From Paraphysomonas bandaiensis (lineage: Eukaryota > Protista > Chrysophyceae): DNA of 64,000 bases. Of this stretch, positions 54,124 to 64,000 are shown piece by piece. Both the position numbers and the translations under genes were made by a program. The DNA is taken from contig CBFFRP010000432.1 of NCBI GenBank assembly GCA_965644295.1, forward strand, positions 62,001 through 126,000, given 5' to 3'. The notes below the pieces were generated by a model. That model saw only the letters and a list, made by a program, of their open reading frames with translations. It did not search any database and was not told where the DNA came from. How positions within the stretch are numbered: the first letter of the stretch is position 1; each line of letters begins with the position of its first letter.

Positions 54124-56270
54124 ACGCAGTAAATGACCTGTCCATCTCACTGTTACGTACACCAGAATACGATCCATCCCTACCTGATAACCAAGTGCAA
54201 GAAGATGCAACTCAGTTGGAGACAATGTACAATAGAGTGTAATAGCTTCTGATGTGCTATGAACAGATAAGTGACTTAACTATTAAGATATTTCAGTTCG
54301 AGTCATCAATTGGCTTACGACACATCACAACCAGAACTTCAGTTCTTTCTCACTTCAGGGTGTTAAATTATTCACTCGGGGCTAAAACTTGTGGGGTAAA
54401 AAATATGGGGTTTCTACTTTTAGGTGCGAAATTTTAGCGTAATATATGGAAAATCCAGTATATACCTAATTTATAAAGTTGTCATTTTTCTGAGTATCTT
54501 GGATGCACCAGATCCTCAATGGCCACCTCCTCACTGTCTATTAGTGATCGTTCACTGTCTAATAGCCTATGGCTCTATGGCTCTATGGCTCAGATGATAA
54601 TGTTGTGTATTAATCCTACTGTAAAAGTATTATCCACATTTGCGATGATATGCACTGTGGATTATAAATTTGGTGGTAACGATATGTTGCTGTGTGGAAT
54701 ATAAACGTTTACTAGATGGACCATTATCGAGTCAGCACAGGCTGTTATGTGGTCATTGCCTTGGAAAAAGGTATTGTGTAAAGTGTGAGCTCTGGATTTT
54801 ATATACAAACTTGTACGCAGTAAGTTGGGCAACTTTGTAGAAATCAGTGATATGCAGGGCTATTTCACATTCTTCCATTTACCGATACGACAATGACATA
54901 TTACTCGCTGCATTTCCGTAATATATCGTGATAAAGTGGTATGAATTTGCTATGTGGGTTGAAGCTGCTGGTTAGAGTGTTCCCTGATCAGGCATGTCAT
55001 CAGCATTCCAGCCCATTCACTCCATTTTCTATGTCATCGGCAAATTAAAATATTATAAGAATAGAAATAGCCCTTAATAATCGTTATATCTGTTTGATTT
55101 AAATGACAATATGAAATTGTTGAATCGTGCAATCAATTTTACATACGCATTATCCTAATTAACACACTCGGCAACAGAGACAAAAGTGATTGCCTTCAGT
55201 GTCATCTTTGAACATATAAAACTGACATTAAATTATCTTAATAATATTTCAAAAAGTGTGCATTACAACTATATTACGTGCTATGTACGAACAGTTGTAA
55301 TATCAACCAGCGCTAGGGAACAAATACTATTGTTGGATAGCGATCCATCAATACCATTGATGGAGGTCTTAAAGCGGACCAACAATACTATTGCATACAT
55401 TGCAACGTATTGTACAATGCAATATACTAGTATCATTAATCAGTAAGTAAACACATATGCATAATCCATTTTTAATACTAATCATTAAGATCACATACGT
55501 GATAACCAAACCCACTGCTCTGCAGTCTGCAGTCAAAGACTCACTACCTACTAGCCACTGTTTAGCTAATCAAAATTTCCCTCATACTCTAAGTCGTCAT
55601 TGATAATGTCAACATCACCATATTCATTCAAAATTTTTTAAAATATGCATGCATCCCGCCACAACTGTCGATTAACAATAGTACTGCTGTACTGCTTTTC
55701 TTCAGAGCAGATAGGGGACACCTAGCCCCGACGTCTCTCAATGAGCCATAAAAAATATTCCGGCATTCATAGGTATTCACCTGACTTGAACCTCCTGTTT
55801 GAAGCGGCTTGGAAATGTTTTCAAACTATCTCAGGTCGGAATTCTGCAGTAAGATTCATATCAGTCAATACATCCGGTAAGCCTTTTAACCACTCTAGCA
55901 GAACCTGAAAGAGAGAGGACGTCGTGTGATTTATAGCATTTCCAGAGTTCATTTGCACAGAATCATATTCTAAGCTAAATATGTGATCTACAACTTCATA
56001 TTGTTATATTGATATTAAAAAAGTACCTGCCTGTTGAGGTGATGTCCTGGAGCCCAAATATATTCAACACAAAAATACCAAATATTGGGATAAACAACAC
56101 GGTCAAGATACATACACAACCTCAATTGGTTCTTTTGTGTGTCCTTTGAAGATACGTTTTCCCAACATTCAAATTGCACCATGTCTGTTTAAGATACTCC
56201 TGTGTAACCGCCGAGTAGTTGGTATGTTGGGTATGGTGGATGGTATCATTCATCACGCACAGTAACTTAA

Positions 56271-57650
<1,380 letters not shown>

Positions 57651-58165
57651 AAGTTAAATTTTCCGGTGGTACTTCTTATTGAAGTGTTTCAATGTCTGAA
57701 ATGTCGATTCTGTAATTAATTGATATTTTTTTATGTACTTGTTAAAATTTAAGTGTACGATGTGTGCTACTGAGCCCAATTTGCAGTGGTGAAGTTCTAG
57801 AATGCCTTTTCCCAGCGCTCATGTAGTCCATAGACTCGACCTACAATTGGATTACGTTTGAAATGAGATTGCTATAGTACTTCTTGGACATATAGTTATA
57901 ACAGGACTGATCTAGGGCTGGGGAAAAATATATTGTAGACTAGAGTCACATCAATAGTTTTAGTAACCGGCCCAACAATACTATTGCAATATATTAAATC
58001 AACTGCTACTTACTACTTACATACGTATGCTCTATTTTTTAGTTCTCGTCATCAAGGTCACATGACACATCATCACTTTGTATTGTTGTCAGCTAGCAAT
58101 TGCAATATTGGTCTACTGGACTGGTTCTAGCTGTTCAACCAATCAATACTTATCAGGGCCTGGTA

Positions 58166-58751
58166 ACCATTAATGGCCCAAAAAACAAGGGGAGGGACAA
58201 GGACAAGCCTTTTTCTACCCCAACCCCTGCAAGGGGCTTCTTCTCTTCGAGTGTTTCCAATTACAACTGCAAGCTTGCAGTTGTAATTCCTTCTCTTTGT
58301 GAGTTTAACTTATAACTTATTATTAATAAGTTATAATTACTTTATATATTATTTATATTCTTAAATAAAATTAATAACTTTATATATTATTTATAATGTT
58401 TATAATAAAAAGTAATATAGATAGTAAAGTAGATTTAATAAGTAGATTTAATAGTAGATATAGGGGGAGGGAAAAATTAAAATGAAAAATAATTTAAATT
58501 TGTAAGGTTTGTAAAACTCCGGGATTCTACCATGAAAACTACTTATTAAATCTACTTTGTTATCTATATGACTTTTTTATAATAATGTATAATGGCGAAG
58601 CTTTAAGCAAAAACTCATAAAACCTTGAATTCTAATTTAAATATAGAATATAATAATGTAATGCTATATTATATATAGATGTCAATTTATACAAAGCCCA
58701 AAACAAGCAATAATGCCATTTTCAATGCAGAAAATCATAAACAGATTGAAA
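58166..58751 (+). repeat. Left terminal inverted repeat (586 bp)
   Basis: Reverse complement of 61674-62259; only one mismatch noticed, about 12 nt from the tip (GGCCC vs GGGCC). Confidence 0.95.
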
Positions 58752-58800
58752 ATATATATAAAATGGTTTAAAAAGAAATTATTATATATATATTATTACT

Positions 58801-59307
58801 ATGATTGAAGAATGGAAAGTGATTGATGGATACAACAATAACTATAGTGTATCAAATAGAGGAAATGTGAAGAACAATAAGACAGAAAGAATATTAAAGC
58901 AAACTATAAATAGAAACGGATATAATAACCTTTGTCTCTGTGTGAATGGAAAGCGAAAAAAAGTTGTGATCCATAGATTGGTTGCAATGGCTTTTATACC
59001 TAATCCAGAAAATAAACCATGTGTAGATCATATAAATAATAATACATTAGACAACAATGTTAATAATTTGAGATGGGCAACCGAAAAAGAGAATCAATAT
59101 AACAAAAAGTTAAGTAAAGCAAATACATCAGGCGCAAAAGGAGTGTGTTATAACAAAAAAGATAAGAAATGGAGAGCGTCAATAACAGTAGATGGCATTT
59201 CAATCCACATTGGAAGCTTCGATACAATAGAAGAAGCAAAACAAGCAAGAATAAAAAGAGCGAATAAAGCATTCGGAGTCTTCACGAATGCTTGTGAAAG
59301 AGAATAA
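58801..59307 (+). CDS. NUMOD4-HNH-AP2 homing-type endonuclease
   Basis: EEWKVIDGY..YSVSNRGNVKN (NUMOD4); IHRLVAMAFIPNPENKPCVDHINNNTLDNNVNNLRWAT..EN..N (HNH); NTSGAKGVCY..KKWRASI...IHIGSFDTIEEA..AR (AP2). Confidence 0.92.
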   Translation: MIEEWKVIDGYNNNYSVSNRGNVKNNKTERILKQTINRNGYNNLCLCVNGKRKKVVIHRLVAMAFIPNPENKPCVDHINNNTLDNNVNNLRWATEKENQYNKKLSKANTSGAKGVCYNKKDKKWRASITVDGISIHIGSFDTIEEAKQARIKRANKAFGVFTNACERE

Positions 59308-59548
59308 GAACCTCACATAACAATAACAATGAATATAACGAATACGATACATATAACCAAACAAAGACAATATACCTGATATGCACTCATCATGACATCA
59401 TCATATTTCCTTTATTTCCATGCTTGTTATATGTCACAATGATATAGACACAATGACAATGAATATTATGAATGAATATATATATATGTATATATATACT
59501 CACAGACACATAAACAACATACACAACAACACAAAACACCATCAATCG

Positions 59549-59577
59549 AGATATTTGAAACACTGTTTCAAATATCT
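59549..59577. terminator. Perfect hairpin between convergent genes; candidate viral-type 3'-end signal
   Basis: AGATATTTGAAACA-C-TGTTTCAAATATCT with 14-bp arms; function inferred. Confidence 0.4.
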
Positions 59578-59773
59578 GTCCGTGCAGGTGAGTACAACTA
59601 AACCTAATAAGCTTATCTCACTAAACTAAAGCTTATGAGAAAAGACAAAAACTATTAAAAGAATATGATGACCAACACGGCACTTATATCAAACCTGAAC
59701 AAGGCTATTAATTTTTGAAACGTTACATATACAAATGTATATATAATACTAACTAACATAATGACAACAGAAT

Positions 59774-59941
59774 TTATAGATCATACATCTTCTTATATTT
59801 CTCCATATTCATAATCATTGACTTCATCTCTTCAATCTCTTTATAACATTTCTTATGATATTCTCTTGATTCCCAATCTTTGTTTATTCTTCTTATAGTT
59901 TTATCACAATGTTTACACTTTCTTTTAATTTCTCTAGGCAT
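59774..59941 (-). CDS. 55-aa CxxC...HxxC zinc-finger-like protein (not in ORF track)
   Basis: MPREIKRKCKHCDKTIRRINKDWESREYHKKCYKEIEEMKSMIMNMEKYKKMYDL*; preceded by the same AT-rich leader as the HNH gene. Confidence 0.75.
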   Translation of the reverse strand: MPREIKRKCKHCDKTIRRINKDWESREYHKKCYKEIEEMKSMIMNMEKYKKMYDL

Positions 59942-59988
59942 GATATATAATATATATATTATATTTTTTTAAATTGTTTTATATATTT

Positions 59989-61746
59989 TTAATAATATGA
60001 TCCTACATTTGATATTACTTTCGTTGGTGATGTTCCTAAGTTAGTATATATTATTGTTATTGTTTGTAATATTGCTCCTGATGTTGTCGTATTACTAATG
60101 TCCACATTTGCGAGTCCTCCTGATACATTCAACGTTTCTGAAACTGTATTAACTTTTAAAGTGTTTATATGTGCTTTGTAACTTGATGTATCTATTATAA
60201 CTGACACTGTGAAAGAAGTATTTGTTAAGTTACTTGAATTAATATTCGTTATATCAAGTTCAAAATTTGTATTACTTGTTAACCCATTGAAATATATAAT
60301 TGAACCATTGCTATAATTATATGTCAACACATTTGAAGAAAACGTATATGTTGTGCTGATGGATTCGCTTATTTGTTTAGTTGTTATATTTCCTGTCATT
60401 GTTCCGCCTGTTAAATTCAATTTTGTATTTTCAAGTGTTGTAATATTGCCGTCTATTGTACTTAGTAAGTTATCAATTGTATCAGTAAATGTGGAGTCAT
60501 AAACTAATCCAGAATCCAACTTGTTATTTACATCTATTAAATCATGTTTAGCATTTATATTGTTCTGTAATGTTGTATCTTGAGTTTGTAAATTTGTTAT
60601 ATCTGTATCGTTATTAGTAATCTGAGTTTGTAATGATGATATAATATTATCCATTGTATCTATTTCTGTTGAATCATATACTAATGATGAATCAAGTTTA
60701 TTATTCACATCTATCAAATCATGTTTAGCATTTATATTGTTCTGTAATGTTGTATCTTGAGTTTGTAAATTTATTATGTCTGTATCGTTATTAGTAATCT
60801 GAGTATTCAAACTAGAAATAATATTATCAAGTGTATCTATTTCTGTTGAATCATATACTAATGATGAATCCAACTTGTTGTTTATATCTATTATATCATG
60901 TTTAGCATTTATATTGTTCTGTAATGTTGTATCTTGAGTTTGTAAATTTGTTATGTCTGTGTCGTTGTTAGTGATCTGAGTTTGCAAGTTTATTATGTCT
61001 GTGTCGTTATTTGTAATCTGAGTTTGCAATGATGATATGACATTATCAAGTGTATCTATTTCTGTTGAATCATAGACCAATGAAGAATCCAACTTATTAT
61101 TTACATCTATTATATCATGTTTAGCATTTATATTGTTCTGTAATGTTGTATCTTGAGTTTGTAAATTTATTATGTCTGTGTCATTGCTTGTTATTTGAGC
61201 ATTCAAACTAGAAATAATATTATCCATTGTGCTTAATTCTGTTGAATCATACACTAATGAAGAATCCAACTTATTATTTACATCTATTATATCATGTTTA
61301 GTATCAATATTGTTCTGTAATGCTATATCTTGGGCTTGTAAATTTGCCACATCCGTTTGTAAATTCGGTATATTAATTAAGTCTATATCTTGGAGAGCAT
61401 CAAGACCATTAAAACTTGCTGTCAATGTGTTCAATTGTGATTGTATAGTTTCATTGGTATTTATACCGTCTAATGTTTGTATTTCATTTCCAGTGAGGTT
61501 TAATAATCTTGTATTCATATCTGACAACATATTATTTTTTGAATCTGTGAAAGCAACTGTTTGGGGTTCATTGTTTATGGTTAAGTTATTACCATTCAAG
61601 ATTTCAACGTTCGCTGTAAATTTAGCATTGTCTAATCTTGCATATTCCGCCATATTCAATATTACTCTTGCTGTTTCAATCTGTTTATGATTTTCTGCAT
61701 TGAAAATGGCATTATTGCTTGTTTTGGGCTTTGTATAAATTGACAT
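59989..61746 (-). CDS. 585-aa repetitive coiled-coil fibre/spike-like protein
   Basis: IQTLDGINTNETIQSQLNTL motif; five 59-aa repeats (LQTQDTTLQNNINAKHDIIDVNNKLDSSLVYDSTE...); KLNLTGGTMTGNI motif of tail fibres; beta-rich C-terminal head. Confidence 0.75.
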   Translation of the reverse strand: MSIYTKPKTSNNAIFNAENHKQIETARVILNMAEYARLDNAKFTANVEILNGNNLTINNEPQTVAFTDSKNNMLSDMNTRLLNLTGNEIQTLDGINTNETIQSQLNTLTASFNGLDALQDIDLINIPNLQTDVANLQAQDIALQNNIDTKHDIIDVNNKLDSSLVYDSTELSTMDNIISSLNAQITSNDTDIINLQTQDTTLQNNINAKHDIIDVNNKLDSSLVYDSTEIDTLDNVISSLQTQITNNDTDIINLQTQITNNDTDITNLQTQDTTLQNNINAKHDIIDINNKLDSSLVYDSTEIDTLDNIISSLNTQITNNDTDIINLQTQDTTLQNNINAKHDLIDVNNKLDSSLVYDSTEIDTMDNIISSLQTQITNNDTDITNLQTQDTTLQNNINAKHDLIDVNNKLDSGLVYDSTFTDTIDNLLSTIDGNITTLENTKLNLTGGTMTGNITTKQISESISTTYTFSSNVLTYNYSNGSIIYFNGLTSNTNFELDITNINSSNLTNTSFTVSVIIDTSSYKAHINTLKVNTVSETLNVSGGLANVDISNTTTSGAILQTITIIYTNLGTSPTKVISNVGSYY

Positions 61747-62259
61747 CTATATATAATATAGCATTACATTATTATATTCTATATTTAAATTAGAATTCAA
61801 GGTTTTATGAGTTTTTGCTTAAAGCTTCGCCATTATACATTATTATAAAAAAGTCATATAGATAACAAAGTAGATTTAATAAGTAGTTTTCATGGTAGAA
61901 TCCCGGAGTTTTACAAACCTTACAAATTTAAATTATTTTTCATTTTAATTTTTCCCTCCCCCTATATCTACTATTAAATCTACTTATTAAATCTACTTTA
62001 CTATCTATATTACTTTTTATTATAAACATTATAAATAATATATAAAGTTATTAATTTTATTTAAGAATATAAATAATATATAAAGTAATTATAACTTATT
62101 AATAATAAGTTATAAGTTAAACTCACAAAGAGAAGGAATTACAACTGCAAGCTTGCAGTTGTAATTGGAAACACTCGAAGAGAAGAAGCCCCTTGCAGGG
62201 GTTGGGGTAGAAAAAGGCTTGTCCTTGTCCCTCCCCTTGTTTTTTGGCCCATTAATGGT
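61674..62259 (-). repeat. Right terminal inverted repeat (586 bp), overlapping the first 24 codons of the fibre-like gene
   Basis: Reverse complement of 58166-58751. Confidence 0.95.
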
Positions 62260-63458
62260 AGTCCCGCTAATGGTAGTCCAGTTTTTCCAGCAATAATAAT
62301 GGCGTTATTGAAAAGCGTCTTTAGATCTTTCATCAAGGAATGCCAGGTTGTTTGCTCAGTGTTGTCAGAAACAAAAATAAACAAACATAAAGCCCCAACG
62401 AGGGATGGTGACTCAGTGGTCCTGCGAATTCACTCGGAAGAAGACTTTGTACATCATTACACTGCCATCAACTTTTTTTGACCATCATTGCTTAATATAT
62501 GGTATATATACAGAGTACAATTATTTTGTTTAGTTGTGTACTGCTGTTTCTTTCAACTTTGGGGAAAAAGAAATTATGAGTGTTTGTTTCTAGGTGAAAT
62601 GTGCATATTTTCAATGCTTTTATAGAGGTTTTGTGTAAGAGTACGTTGTTATGTTGTTGTTCAGGAAACTTATATTACAGGTATATCAACATTCTACTTG
62701 CTCGCTGCGTTTGTTTTGAGTGATAGAGCGAAAGTGCCTACACCTTGGTACTTGCGATGACGCACAAGCAGCATTCGTAGCGCTATATAGTAAGATATAT
62801 TCAGAGTTAAGCACCAGTTAGTTCAATTGTTCTGACTCTTACACGCCTATTGCCAATAATCAGACTTTCACTTAGATCTATAATGATAGCAATAAACGGA
62901 TGGACGTCGAAAGCAACTAACTGAGGTGAGTTTACACATTTGAAAGTAGAGCCACCGGATATCGCTGCCCTCTTCCTTATATAGTAGATCAACTAGATAA
63001 CTTCCTGGGTGCATATTACTATAATAACTAATATATCGTATAAATCACTCTTTAATGTCAGATTCTGGACGGCTTCTGAATCCTGAGGCATGAAGCACAT
63101 GTAAGAGGCAAATTTCGGGACATTTTGAACAATTGACAACAGCTACAGCCTACAGTCTGTATTGATTTTGTCACATTGACATTGAAGGAACTTTCTAAAG
63201 CGACGTTATGGGAAATATATGTCAAAGATCCAACAACGTTTTTCAAATCGTAAAAGACATTGCAGGAACAAAGATCTATATAATATATATATTTTTAAAA
63301 ATTGTCATTCAAACCGAAAGGCATTTCATATTGTCCAAGAATGACAGCCATTCATTTCTTGTACGTTTGTTGAATTCGCTACTGGGTAATTTTTTGGCAT
63401 TTTGGGATATCTATATTTATAGATTTAGTATCCAGGACAAGGACAGAAACTAAATTGT

Positions 63459-64000
63459 GTGTTCTGGGAAACTCACGGATTTTCAATCCCTCCGCAGTCA
63501 ACGAACTGCTGGAGGTCTACACTACTGCCCTCAGAGATCAACGCTACAGTCACAATCCCGACTGGGCACCTGGATATTAGACAGACAGTGGGGCACTACT
63601 TCCGCGCAAACTGGCGCAAGCAGATGGTGGTCCATCGAAGGATAAAGATAGCTCCCACCTACGCCAGCGAGTACTCAATGCAGCATTGCCATGGGACAAA
63701 TATTTCAGCATAGGGAGAAACATAGGTGGAGAGATTTTGGACAGGTACCATCACCACTGCACAACTCGAAACGGTTTTTGGAGATCACATCCATGAGTCC
63801 CTGACACCCCAAGGACTGCGCAACATCGAATCAGTTGTCATCAGCGTGCTTCTACCGCTTTTCGCTGCAGCAAAGCTAATGATCCAAGATCGAAGTCGAC
63901 GATACATTACCCTACACAAACGACCCCCTAGGCTTCTCCCGCGACCGCGTCCAAAACATAGACAGAAATGGAAACGCCCAAGCATGCTACGATTACTAGG
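63459..64000 (+). pseudogene. Interrupted coding-like stretch of unknown origin, possibly a decayed retroelement tail; runs off the window
   Basis: One frame is open from 63459 to the window end apart from two TAG codons at about 63711 and 63723; no diagnostic motif recognised. Confidence 0.2.

Larger units (their letters stand above)
58166..62259. mobile_element. 4094-bp AT-rich virus-like element with long TIRs (Polinton-like virus / virophage / transpoviron-type miniature)
   Basis: 586-bp TIRs; marked drop in GC relative to the flanks; three intronless ORFs of viral type; no replication, capsid or integrase gene. Confidence 0.85.

Noticed and set aside
59420-59629. 69-aa ORF in the element spacer
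   Set aside because: Low-complexity product overlapping the AC tract and hairpin, with no leader motif or recognisable domain
60480-61350. CRISPR-like repeat array
   Set aside because: The repeats are in-frame coding units of 177 bp with no unique spacers and no cas genes
58166-62259. Invertible phase-variation cassette swapping the shared 24-codon N-terminus
   Set aside because: The inverted repeats are essentially identical and include the promoter, so inversion regenerates the same gene fusions; no recombinase is adjacent
58166-62259. Complete autonomous Polinton or virophage
   Set aside because: Too small, with no polymerase, capsid, ATPase, protease or integrase ORF

Overview
Gene-dense, intron-containing eukaryotic DNA with short introns of about 40-70 nt. 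The beta-tubulin and gene repertoire suggest a stramenopile, possibly an ochrophyte/chrysophyte (inference). About 20 host genes are recognisable: DENND4-like C-terminus, PH-DEP-DUF1769 protein, RluA, Tex/SRBD1, prolyl 4-hydroxylase, a GT-A-like protein, a VPS13-family gene, DusA, a TrmB-like methyltransferase, AP-2 mu, GNAT, BART, malic enzyme, EamA, WW-GT7, ceramidase, an MBD/PHD protein, cyclophilin, an SVOP-like MFS transporter and beta-tubulin. Two accessory insertions stand out. (1) 58166-62259 is a 4094-bp, very AT-rich, intronless virus-like element bounded by 586-bp near-perfect terminal inverted repeats. It carries only a NUMOD4-HNH-AP2 endonuclease, a 55-aa Cys/His zinc-finger ORF missed by the ORF track, and a 585-aa repetitive fibre-like protein. 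It has no polymerase, capsid, packaging ATPase or integrase, so it is a candidate miniature satellite or derivative of a Polinton-like virus, virophage or transpoviron. (2) About 11810-16294 is a head-to-tail dimer of a decayed Crypton-type (tyrosine recombinase) transposon inserted in a (CATA)n microsatellite. All calls come from reading motifs by eye with no database searches, and boundaries of multi-exon genes are approximate.
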